Below are positions 17,666 to 26,051 of a stretch of DNA of 32,000 bases, in pieces. Every line of letters starts with the position of its first letter. Position 1 is the first letter of the stretch. The position numbers and the translations under genes were made by a program. Origin of the DNA: Pyrodictium abyssi (GTDB lineage Archaea; Thermoproteota; Thermoprotei_A; Sulfolobales; Pyrodictiaceae); NCBI RefSeq assembly GCF_036323395.1, contig NZ_AP028907.1:1530001-1562000 (forward strand). The letters run 5' to 3'. Under the pieces are notes generated by a model. It saw nothing but the letters and a program-made list of their open reading frames with translations. It searched no databases and had not been told where the DNA came from.

Positions 17666-18994
17666 CTATGATAATAGCATTATCATGCTAGTCCCGATTA
17701 CTACGAGTGGCGCAGCTAAGTTATAAGCTAGGGCTCCCCATACAGCATACGTTATAGCAAAGCTCGCACCAACTCCAGAGATAGCTATGGATTTAATTGC
17801 AAGCTCGCTGTCTATCGATAGTGCTGTGTAGGGTAACATCACGTGAGGAGCAGATGCATAGCTAGTTTGAAACATCTTTGACGCATACACCATGGACGCT
17901 GCTATGGCGACTATAACCATAGGTAGCATTATCATCATCACTAGTACTTTGCCGAATAGTACACGCATGTTGAGGCTTAAGGATTCGAGAACAGTATTAG
18001 CAATACGTGATATTTTTGCTGCATTGCTACCGCTTCTAACTATAGATGATACTGTCTTCGAAAGTAGGTATACGAGGGGCCATTTCTCTATGTTGCTTGG
18101 TGCTGCTCTTCCAGTCCTAAGCGCGTATATGAGCGATCTCTCGTCTCCGTCACCGGTCTTAATCATGGATATAATCGTATCGATGTTGGACAGTCTGAGT
18201 GTAAGGGCCTCTGTTACTACACGCATAGTGTATGTAAGCCTAGATAGCCTCAGGACAGCTTTCCTCATAGTTGCTATGTTATACACGTATACAGGAGTGA
18301 CAAGACAAGCTAGTGCCAGTGCATAGATGTACTTATCGAGTATTAGCAGTAGTAGCGACGTAGCAGCGATAAAGGAGAGAACGGTATCTGCCAGGAGACT
18401 CGTCTGGCGTGGCAATATGACGGAGAGTACTCTGATTCGCGTAGTAATGGCGATAGCGAAGGATATGCCAATGACAATAAGCGACGCCAAATAAGAGGCT
18501 ACATAGTTAGACGAGAAAGAGGAAGAAAGCACGACTGTCAGAAGCACGATCACTGTTGCAGTAGCTATTAGCTCTACACCATGCATAAGCGCGTCAAGTC
18601 TCTCTTTAAGCCTATGTTCAAAAGATTCTGCCGAGACAAGAGCCAACTGATACAATGTATCTAGAGGGCTTCCTCTAAGCATGTAGGAGGCTATGTACGA
18701 CCTTATAATCCTCGGGAAAATAAGGCTGGAGACGCTCTCCGCGGCTTTTTCAAGTGCAAGTAGTGTACTACCATATTTCTTCACAAGCCTCTGGTATACG
18801 TAGGATATCTTACTAATTTCTCTAAATATCTCGCTGAGGTATCTATCCTTATGTATGTCGCCTAGGGCTTCATGTGGTGCCTTATTGCCTCCAGCGTATG
18901 AGAGTGAATAAAGCATTAACAGAGGCAGCTCAGCAGTCAACCTATCGTCATCAATCTTTACGCCCTTAGCTCTTTTACTAGGCATGCCAATCAT
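17666..18994 (-). CDS. Type II/IV secretion-system F-like polytopic membrane platform protein (TadC/ArlJ-like)
   Basis: 442 aa with multiple hydrophobic segments and T2SSF-like blocks (LPLLMLYSLSYAGG, GSPLDTLYQLALVSAESFEHRLKERLDAL), directly downstream of the secretion ATPase gene. Confidence 0.75.
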   Translation of the reverse strand: MIGMPSKRAKGVKIDDDRLTAELPLLMLYSLSYAGGNKAPHEALGDIHKDRYLSEIFREISKISYVYQRLVKKYGSTLLALEKAAESVSSLIFPRIIRSYIASYMLRGSPLDTLYQLALVSAESFEHRLKERLDALMHGVELIATATVIVLLTVVLSSSFSSNYVASYLASLIVIGISFAIAITTRIRVLSVILPRQTSLLADTVLSFIAATSLLLLILDKYIYALALACLVTPVYVYNIATMRKAVLRLSRLTYTMRVVTEALTLRLSNIDTIISMIKTGDGDERSLIYALRTGRAAPSNIEKWPLVYLLSKTVSSIVRSGSNAAKISRIANTVLESLSLNMRVLFGKVLVMMIMLPMVIVAIAASMVYASKMFQTSYASAPHVMLPYTALSIDSELAIKSIAISGVGASFAITYAVWGALAYNLAAPLVVIGTSMIMLLS

Positions 18995-19001
18995 AGTTTG
19001 C

Positions 19002-20603
19002 TTAACCTCCCTGTTCGGCCCTCTCTAAGATACGGAAAATCATTGAACGGTAGTAGTCTTCCACCATCGCCCGCATGGTCTTAAAGTCGCAAGAAATGCA
19101 AGACTTAAGCAGTGAAGCGAATGTCTCTATTTTATCACGTATATCGCTGACACTTAGCCCGTAAAGTTCGGCTATGAGCCTTAAGCGGTAACTAGAATTA
19201 ATAAGAGTGTCAACATCAACTGGACGTAGTATGTCTTCTCGTGGACTCCACTTAAAGATGCGCACAAACTCCACTGTATTATCCGTCGGAACGATTTCAA
19301 CTATTTCAACGACTCTACGTGACTCTATACCGTTAGCGTTACGGACCCTGCGCAGAACTACTATCAGCCATAAGAGTTGTAGAAAACTATCACCCAAGTT
19401 TATGGGGCTACTACGCAGTCTCTGCAGAGCTGATTCAGGCGAGTCAGCGTGGAATGTTGCTAATGCAGCGTGACCACTGCCCGCGGCATGGATGAATACA
19501 CGGGCCTCCTCGCCACGTATCTCGCCTATAACGAAGTAATCGGGCCTTCGCCGCAGTGCAAATTTTGCCAGCTTATATATGTCTATATCTTCTCCCTCAT
19601 AGTCGCTATAGGTGTACCTTGTAACAAGGCTATCCCACTGGTCATATGGCAGGTTGAGCTCTGGTGTATCCTCTATCGTTACTATTCTCGAATAGGGTGG
19701 TATGAGCGAGAGCAGGGCTTGGAGAAAAGTAGTCTTCCCAGACGCTGTCGGGCCAACGATTAGTATGGCAGGTCTGTACTCCATTAGCAGCCATAGGTAT
19801 GCTGCAGCAAGCGTTGAGATGACGTTACTGGCTATTAGGGATGTTATCGGGAGAGGCTCCATGCGGTGTTTCCTAATTACCAGTGAGGATCCAAAACGGC
19901 TAATCTCGTTAGAGAATGTGGCTGCAACCCTGTGGCCTTCGGGTAGTAGGGCTTCAAGATATGGATGAGCGAGGCTCACATCTCGCCCGCTTCGTCTAGC
20001 TAACTGTATAATGAGGTTGTCAAGTAGCTCGCTGTCTAGCAGGATATTGGTTCTTATCCATCCGATAGGGAGACTGCGGTGAACTATGTAGGCAGGAGTG
20101 TTGGGGCTGTTAACGGATATCTCCTCTATGTTCGGGTCCTCTAGTAGAGGGTACAAAGGACCATAACCGCTTAGGCCCTTAGCTATCAGATAGCTCATTA
20201 CAGTGTAGTTTGACTTGAGGAACTCGTAGTCTATATGGTACCTCTCTGCAAACCTTTTCAACTCCGTATGGTCTGAGGGCAGGCCCTTCAGCCCCTCTGC
20301 AATAACGCCCTCTATTATTAGAGCCACAGTTCTGAGGAGCTCGGAGTCGTCCACGAAAGGCTCGTTCACACAGTATACTATCTCCTCGTCCTGGTTGACG
20401 CCTACTACGACATTTACTACTCCTATGGTAGTGTACTCTAATATCTTCTTTTTGAAATAGTCAGTGCACGTTAAAGGCTTTATCATTTCGACGAGGAACA
20501 TGTCAAAATCAATACTCTCTTTAGGAGAGCTTGTATGTAGCCTCAGCATATTTGTGCCAACCTCTTGTGGGGGGTCAAAGTTAGAAGTAGTGGTCTCTGT
20601 CAA
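19002..20603 (-). CDS. Type II/IV secretion ATPase (VirB11/TadA/ArlI-like)
   Basis: 533 aa; YGPLYPLLEDPNIEEISVNSPNTPAYI, AILIVGPTASGKTTFLQALLSLI (Walker A), IVTIEDTPELNLPYDQW, RPDYFVIGEIRGEEARVFIHAAGSGHAALATFHADSPESALQRL. TTG start at 20603. Confidence 0.95.
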   Translation of the reverse strand: MTETTTSNFDPPQEVGTNMLRLHTSSPKESIDFDMFLVEMIKPLTCTDYFKKKILEYTTIGVVNVVVGVNQDEEIVYCVNEPFVDDSELLRTVALIIEGVIAEGLKGLPSDHTELKRFAERYHIDYEFLKSNYTVMSYLIAKGLSGYGPLYPLLEDPNIEEISVNSPNTPAYIVHRSLPIGWIRTNILLDSELLDNLIIQLARRSGRDVSLAHPYLEALLPEGHRVAATFSNEISRFGSSLVIRKHRMEPLPITSLIASNVISTLAAAYLWLLMEYRPAILIVGPTASGKTTFLQALLSLIPPYSRIVTIEDTPELNLPYDQWDSLVTRYTYSDYEGEDIDIYKLAKFALRRRPDYFVIGEIRGEEARVFIHAAGSGHAALATFHADSPESALQRLRSSPINLGDSFLQLLWLIVVLRRVRNANGIESRRVVEIVEIVPTDNTVEFVRIFKWSPREDILRPVDVDTLINSSYRLRLIAELYGLSVSDIRDKIETFASLLKSCISCDFKTMRAMVEDYYRSMIFRILERAEQGG

Positions 20604-20639
20604 CGGGTGTACTTACGCCTAAAAAATAGGAGTTCAATG

Positions 20640-21035
20640 TTAGGATATTCTCACGGGTTCGGTTGTGAATGATTTATCTCCAACGTTATACTTTATTACG
20701 AGTACACGTGGCGTTCCGCATGCTGTGGCGTTTATCTGTATCCTCAGGGCTTTTGTCTCGCCTGCATCTATTACCTCAGATACCGGTATATACTGTGTAC
20801 CGTTTGTGCAGTCTATCTGTGCTTCGACTATGTCTACTTTTTGTGAACCACTGTTGTCGAGTGTTACGTATACTACACCTAGGTCTGATAGATACTCAGC
20901 GTTGTAGGCATATAGTATCGGCTTATCCGCTACAGTCTCTACAGTGTCTATGAAGTATTGGTACATTATTGCACCTGCAGCCAGTGTAGCCATTAGCAGT
21001 ATTACAGCCGAGAGTATAGGGGATAGCGCTCTCAT
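20640..21035 (-). CDS. Type IV pilin/archaellin-like protein with class III signal sequence
   Basis: MRALSPILSAVILLMATLAAGAIMYQYFIDTVETV then beta-rich domain; adjacent to ATPase and platform genes. ORF extends to TTG at 21080, but ATG at 21035 fits the TATA-like position. Confidence 0.75.
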   Translation of the reverse strand: MRALSPILSAVILLMATLAAGAIMYQYFIDTVETVADKPILYAYNAEYLSDLGVVYVTLDNSGSQKVDIVEAQIDCTNGTQYIPVSEVIDAGETKALRIQINATACGTPRVLVIKYNVGDKSFTTEPVRIS

Positions 21036-21096
21036 GGCTCTCTCCGTGTTTTCTGTCTGGCCGGGAGATTGCAGTAGCAATTTATAGTAGGAAATA

Positions 21097-21136
21097 CTTT
21101 TAAACAGAGAAGTAGTTTCGGGCTAGTTATTTAAGC
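21097..21136. promoter_or_regulatory. Divergent promoter region: minus-strand TATA-like GTTTAAAAG (21105-21097) for the pilin operon, plus-strand TTATTTAAGC (21127-21136) for top6B
   Basis: Two A/T-rich box A-like elements, each appropriately placed upstream of a divergent gene. Confidence 0.5.
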
Positions 21137-21169
21137 TCTCTAGTGCCTAAAGCAAACGAGGGCTAAGTA

Positions 21170-22774
21170 ATGGCTAGAAAACAGCAAGCAGCTCAACAAG
21201 AAAGCTTTAGGAGTATGACGCCATCGCAGTTCTTCTACGAGTACAGAGAAGTAGCTGGATTCGGCAGCCCATCACGAGCGCTATATCAAACAGTACGTGA
21301 ACTTGTTGAAAACGCGTTAGACGCGACAGACGTACATGGTATACTCCCAGACATAACACTCACAATTGAACAAGTTCCAAGACACCCAACGTACTACAGA
21401 GTAACGGTCGAGGATAACGGCATCGGCATCCAGCCACAGCATGTCCCATATGCTTTTGGCCAAGTACTATATAGCTCAAAGTACAGGCTAAGGCAGGCAC
21501 GTGGCCGCTTTGGACTAGGTGCTAAGATGGCCATACTCTATGGCCAGATAAAGACTGGCGAGCCTGTAGAAGTTTACACATCGCCTATAGGCTCATCAAG
21601 AATATACTTCTTCAAGATCAAGATAGACATAGAGAGGAATAGGCCAATAGTGCTTGCCAGGGGCGAATATCCAAACCCTAGTGGCTGGCATGGGACACGT
21701 GTAAGCGTGGTAATAGAGGGTGACTGGCCTCGAGCCAGACACCGAATACACGAGTACATAAGGAGGACGGCAATCGCAGCGCCATACGCTAATATAACCT
21801 TCATAGATCCTGATGGCAACATAACTGTGTACCGTCGCACCATAGATAAGCTGCCGAAACAGCCTCGCGAGGTAAAACCACACCCACAGGGAGTAGACAT
21901 AGAGTTATTGAAACAATTGATTAGAAAGTCAAGGGCAAATACACTGTTGGAGTTCCTCATAGACGCGTTCCAGGGTGTAGGACGGAAAACAGCCGAAGCC
22001 TTCCTTGAATGGGCAGGTTTTGACAAGAATCTAGACCCACACAAGCTAGATGATAGAAAGCTTGAAAAGCTAGCTAGAAAGCTAAGAGAATATCAACGCT
22101 TCCGGCCGCCAAGCGCTGACTCGCTCTCGCCCTTCGGCCCAGAAATAATCGAGGCCGGTCTAAGGACCATCTTGAAACCTGAGTTCGTCGCAGCAGTAAC
22201 CCGCCGGCCAAGGGCCTATGAGGGTCATTCATTCATAGTTGAAGTTGGCATAGCTTATGGAGGACAAATACCGCCATCCAGTGAACCCATACTCTTGAGG
22301 TATGCTAATAAAATTCCGCTACTCTACGACGAGAAATCTGATGTAGCCTGGAAAGTTGTTGACCCCAAGAACTTCGATTGGCGAAACTATCTAGTCGTCT
22401 TCCCAGCGCCAGTAGCAGTATTAACACATATAGCAAGCACAAAGGTGCCTTACAAGGGAGTCGGTAAGGAAAGTGTAGCCGATGTACCCGAAATAGAACA
22501 GGAGCTGCGAAACGCGCTTAGAGAAGCAGCTAGAAAGTTAAGAGAATACCTGCTGCAGAAGAAGAAAGAAGAGGAGGCCAAGAAACGTGTCATAACATTC
22601 ATGAAGTATACTCCAGAGATAGCCAAAAGCCTGGCAACTATACTCAAAGATTATAGCGTCAACGAGGACTATATAAGAGAGATGTTGCTCACTGCGATGA
22701 AGAAGAGGTTGAAGATAGAGGACGAGAAGTTTGCAAAACTAGTAGAGGGGCTAGAGGTTAACATAGAAGAGTAA
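21170..22774 (+). CDS. top6B: DNA topoisomerase VI subunit B
   Basis: 534 aa; LYQTVRELVENALDATDVHGILPDITLTIE, VEDNGIGIQPQHVPYAFGQVLYSSKYRLRQARGRFGLGAKMAILYGQI (GHKL fold). Confidence 0.97.
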   Translation: MARKQQAAQQESFRSMTPSQFFYEYREVAGFGSPSRALYQTVRELVENALDATDVHGILPDITLTIEQVPRHPTYYRVTVEDNGIGIQPQHVPYAFGQVLYSSKYRLRQARGRFGLGAKMAILYGQIKTGEPVEVYTSPIGSSRIYFFKIKIDIERNRPIVLARGEYPNPSGWHGTRVSVVIEGDWPRARHRIHEYIRRTAIAAPYANITFIDPDGNITVYRRTIDKLPKQPREVKPHPQGVDIELLKQLIRKSRANTLLEFLIDAFQGVGRKTAEAFLEWAGFDKNLDPHKLDDRKLEKLARKLREYQRFRPPSADSLSPFGPEIIEAGLRTILKPEFVAAVTRRPRAYEGHSFIVEVGIAYGGQIPPSSEPILLRYANKIPLLYDEKSDVAWKVVDPKNFDWRNYLVVFPAPVAVLTHIASTKVPYKGVGKESVADVPEIEQELRNALREAARKLREYLLQKKKEEEAKKRVITFMKYTPEIAKSLATILKDYSVNEDYIREMLLTAMKKRLKIEDEKFAKLVEGLEVNIEE

Positions 22775-22802
22775 GGAGAGTAAGAGGGGGTGAGAAGAGT
22801 CT

Positions 22803-23972
22803 ATGGCGGCTGTGGATGAGTACATGGATAAGGCTGATATAGAGGCCAGAAGGAAAGCACTCCAGGTATTCCGCGAACGATTTAAGGAGATATTTGAACA
22901 AATAAAGAGAGGAGAGAATCCAACCATTATGCTGCCGAAGAGAACGCTAGCAAATACGATATACGATGAAAAGAGGAAGCTGCTACTGCTGGGCCCGGAA
23001 AAACTGCGTAGAAGCTTCTTCGATCTGCACGAGTCAAAGAAGTTTATGCAGACACTACTAATGGCTAGGATAATATACGAGGCTCTCGAGAGGGACGAGT
23101 ATCCAACAATCCGTGACCTTTACTATAGGGGTAAGCACACTATAGTATATCGCGAGCCTGGAGGCCGTAGACACGAGGAAAACACGTGGGACGAGCAGCG
23201 GGAGTCAGACGCGGTGATAAGAGATATCGAGGTATTTACTGGCCTGCTACGCGAAGAGATGCTTATACTCAGCAAAGAGAAGGGCAAAGTAGTAGGAAAT
23301 ATGAGGATACGTAGTGGCAACGACATTATAGATCTAAGTAAGATGGGTCACGGTGCCTACGCTATAGAGCCGACGCCAGACCTGATAGAATTCATAGACG
23401 TTGACGCAGAGTACGTCCTGGTAGTAGAGAAGGACGCAGTATTCCAGCAACTACACCGTATAGGCTTCTGGAAGAAGCACAAAGCCATACTGATAACAAG
23501 CGCGGGGCAGCCCGACAGAGCTACGAGAAGATTCGTCCGAAGGCTAAACGAGGAACTGGGGCTGCCAGTGTACATACTAACAGACGCAGACCCCTATGGA
23601 TGGTACATATACAGCGTATTCAAGATAGGCTCCATAACCCTAAGCTACGAGAGCGAGCGTCTCGCAACACCAAAAGCCAGGTTCATAGGCGTGAGTATGA
23701 CAGACATCTTCGGCTATGGTAAGAAGAAGCCCTACTTGACAGAGCAGGAAAGACGCAACTATATAATCAAGGCCAAGGACGCGGACATAAAGAGAGCCTA
23801 TGAGCTACGCAACTACAGGTGGTTCCAGACAAAGAAGTGGCAAATAGAGATAGACATCTTCCTAAATAAGAAGGCAAAGCTAGAGATAGAGGCCATGACG
23901 AGCAAAGGACTACGATTCCTAGCGGACAAGTATCTACCGGAAAAGATAGAGACTGAAGACTGGATAGAGTAG
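22803..23972 (+). CDS. top6A: DNA topoisomerase VI subunit A (Spo11-like)
   Basis: 389 aa; YPTIRDLYYRGKHTI (catalytic Tyr region), YVLVVEKDAVFQQL (Toprim), ILTDADPYGWYIYSVFKIGS. Immediately downstream of top6B. Confidence 0.97.
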   Translation: MAAVDEYMDKADIEARRKALQVFRERFKEIFEQIKRGENPTIMLPKRTLANTIYDEKRKLLLLGPEKLRRSFFDLHESKKFMQTLLMARIIYEALERDEYPTIRDLYYRGKHTIVYREPGGRRHEENTWDEQRESDAVIRDIEVFTGLLREEMLILSKEKGKVVGNMRIRSGNDIIDLSKMGHGAYAIEPTPDLIEFIDVDAEYVLVVEKDAVFQQLHRIGFWKKHKAILITSAGQPDRATRRFVRRLNEELGLPVYILTDADPYGWYIYSVFKIGSITLSYESERLATPKARFIGVSMTDIFGYGKKKPYLTEQERRNYIIKAKDADIKRAYELRNYRWFQTKKWQIEIDIFLNKKAKLEIEAMTSKGLRFLADKYLPEKIETEDWIE

Positions 23973-24049
23973 AGACAAAACCATATGTAGAATAGTGGCC
24001 CCTTGCCCGTCACAGCTATTTGCGCACACCCATAGCCTGTTCTACCGGA

Positions 24050-24763
24050 ATGATAGCATTGAGTAAGCAGCTCTGCCCAGTAACAGCAAGCGAGCTAGCA
24101 GCAAGAATAGACCACGCCATACTAAAACCATGGAGCGGGAAGAAGGAACTAGAACAAGCAATAAACGATCTCGAGGAACTGAATCTAAGATGCCTTATAC
24201 TCAGCCCTACGCTCTTACGCGAAGCACAAGGTACGACAAACAAGTGCCTAGGCGCTGTAGTGGGCTTCCCATTCGGGTACCACACTCTTGAAGCTAAGAT
24301 AAAGGAGTTAGAAGACGTGATTGCCTTAGGCGCAGTAGAGGTAGACTATGTGGCTAACACACAGCTCTACATAACTGGCCACGAGGAGGAATATATGAAT
24401 GAAATACGCGCAGCAGTAGAAATCTGCAAAGAAGCAGGAGTAACTTGCAAGATTATAATAGAAACGCCAGCACTAACGGCTAACCAGATAGAACATATAG
24501 TTGGACTCGTAGCAAGGCTTGAGCCAGACTTTATAAAGACGAGCACTGGCTTTGGGCCTAGACCAACACTACCAGATGACGTAGTAATAATTGATAGGGT
24601 GCTGAGAAGCCTAGGTAAGAGAGACAAGGTGAGAATAAAGGCAGCAGGAGGCATCAGAAGCGGCCTCCAAGCATCATCAATGATACTACTGGGTGCAGAC
24701 GTAATAGGGACCAGCACGCCTCGTCAGGTGATCGAAACCTACAACGCCATGTGCCGGTCATAA
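24050..24763 (+). CDS. deoC: Deoxyribose-phosphate aldolase
   Basis: ELAARIDHAILKPWS, VVGFPFGYHTLEAKIKE, EVDYVANTQLYITG, TCKIIIETPALT, DFIKTSTGFGP, RIKAAGGIRSG, IGTSTPRQVIE. ORF also has an upstream TTG at 24020. Confidence 0.93.
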   Translation: MIALSKQLCPVTASELAARIDHAILKPWSGKKELEQAINDLEELNLRCLILSPTLLREAQGTTNKCLGAVVGFPFGYHTLEAKIKELEDVIALGAVEVDYVANTQLYITGHEEEYMNEIRAAVEICKEAGVTCKIIIETPALTANQIEHIVGLVARLEPDFIKTSTGFGPRPTLPDDVVIIDRVLRSLGKRDKVRIKAAGGIRSGLQASSMILLGADVIGTSTPRQVIETYNAMCRS

Positions 24764-24785
24764 ATAAGTTAGAGGCAATGCACGG

Positions 24786-24841
24786 ATGATGACACGACGG
24801 TCTCAAGAGCACTGCGCGATGAAGAACATTCTCCTTTCTGA
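24786..24841 (+). ncRNA. Candidate box C/D sRNA (weak)
   Basis: Box C-like ATGATGA (24786-24792), C'-like GCGATGA (24816-24822), box D CTGA (24838-24841), 15-nt guide-length gap C' to D; D' not canonical. Confidence 0.35.
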
Positions 24842-24855
24842 CTCGGTGTGGCGTC

Positions 24856-24912
24856 TCAGCTGAGACAGGTGTCTACATCCCCCGTCCGGGGTCAGAACCC
24901 CTTTGTCATCAC
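24856..24912 (-). ncRNA. Candidate box C/D sRNA (strong motif set)
   Basis: Minus strand reads GTGATGA(C, 24912-24906)-caaaggggtt-CTGA(D', 24895-24892)-ccccggacggg-GGATGTA(C'-like, 24880-24874)-gacacctgtctcag-CTGA(D, 24859-24856); 57 nt total, CGT/ACG flanking mini-stem. Confidence 0.6.
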
Positions 24913-24969
24913 TACGAGAGGTCTCGGCACGGTAGAAGCATCCAGACTCTAGTGAAGCTCTAGTAGGTT

Positions 24970-25131
24970 CTACTCTTCTTCCCTCCTTTCAACTATCTCG
25001 TGGAACGTATTACGTTTACAATACTTGCAGTAGTGGTATAGCTTACCACTGGATAACTTGGTCAAATCAAAGCTAACCTCTAGCTCCCATGTATTGCCAC
25101 ACGAAGTACATCTTAGCAGCCACTTGGTCAC
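24970..25131 (-). CDS. Zinc-ribbon microprotein, 53 aa
   Basis: Not in the supplied ORF track (too short). Reverse strand from GTG 25131: VTKWLLRCTSCGNTWELEVSFDLTKLSSGKLYHYCKYCKRNTFHEIVERREEE stop. CxxC...CxxC arrangement. Confidence 0.75.
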   Translation of the reverse strand: MTKWLLRCTSCGNTWELEVSFDLTKLSSGKLYHYCKYCKRNTFHEIVERREEE

Positions 25132-25141
25132 GGCTTATCCC

Positions 25142-25804
25142 TCAGCTCTTTCTTCTACCCTTCCTCTGCCTCGTGTGTCTGCTCCCTCCCCTTTTGGCTG
25201 CTACAGTATTTCTGGCTTTTATCAGTCCCCTTCTGACGAGCTCGGAAAGTACACGCCTAACCACTCTCCTGACGCGCCATCTACGCTCTATACTACCGTA
25301 AAGCCGTATTGCTGTAGAACGTATGCTATTCGTTGACGTTAGGTCCCTTAGAACCTTCTTATCCTCATCGGACAACATGTCAGCTAGATAGCGTAGACCA
25401 AGTCTTGCGATATCGGCTGGCTCTAACCCTAGATAGGGGTCCTGCGGCTCAAGGGACGATAAGTCCTGGATAACCTCGAACTCTATTATAGTTACGTAAT
25501 CATCGTCTCTAAATTCACCGTACATGTGGCGAAGAGCTTCCAGAAGTTCTTCTCTACTCCTAAAACCGTCCTTCACAGCATCTTCATCTGTTAATTCGGA
25601 GACGCGCTTATATACTACGTTGGTAACACGAACTTTCGCAACCGGCCTCCCACCACCATGGATAATAAGCTCGTTATACTTTACATGTACTCTACCAAGT
25701 CTGATAGTGGTTCTTTTCCTGCCAGAAAGTATGTCGTCAACGAACTCGCCCTTAACCATCAAATGTCTCCCAAGGAACTTGCTCCGCTCTTTACGCTCCT
25801 CCAT
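25142..25804 (-). CDS. ASCH-domain protein with C-terminal helical/HTH-like extension
   Basis: 220 aa; FLGRHLMVKGEFVDDILSGRKRTTIRLGRVHVKYNELIIHGGGRPVAKVRVTNVVYKRVSELTDEDAVKDGFRSREELLEALRHMYG. Confidence 0.8.
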   Translation of the reverse strand: MEERKERSKFLGRHLMVKGEFVDDILSGRKRTTIRLGRVHVKYNELIIHGGGRPVAKVRVTNVVYKRVSELTDEDAVKDGFRSREELLEALRHMYGEFRDDDYVTIIEFEVIQDLSSLEPQDPYLGLEPADIARLGLRYLADMLSDEDKKVLRDLTSTNSIRSTAIRLYGSIERRWRVRRVVRRVLSELVRRGLIKARNTVAAKRGGSRHTRQRKGRRKS

Positions 25805-25910
25805 CTACATCCCCGTAGTCCTTGGGTAATAGCTGCCGAGGAGGCTTTTTAGACGCATATAGGCAGTGAGTAGTACCAGGGGCTATGAAGGGTATATCTC
25901 CATGCCTAAG

Positions 25911-25989
25911 CCCGGCCCTATGGAGAGAAGTTCTAGAGCCCGGAAGGGCCGGGTAGCTGATAATGGCCGGTTTGTGTGAAGATGGGCCA
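25911..25989. ncRNA. Candidate structured RNA/regulatory element (two hairpins)
   Basis: CCCGGCCC (25911-25918) pairs perfectly with GGGCCGGG (25946-25953); TGGCC (25964-25968) pairs with GGCCA (25985-25989); inner GCCC-GGAA-GGGC alternative hairpin. Located in a 247-nt intergenic gap. Confidence 0.3.
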
Positions 25990-26051
25990 AAGCGCTGAGC
26001 CCCGTGACCTTGTGTAGACTAAACGATTAGGCCTCTGTTAATAGTTGCAAC

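Noticed and set aside
19207-19968. Plus-strand ORFs (88, 97, 89 aa) antisense to the secretion ATPase
   Set aside because: Covered by a strongly supported ATPase gene with Walker A/B and His motifs.
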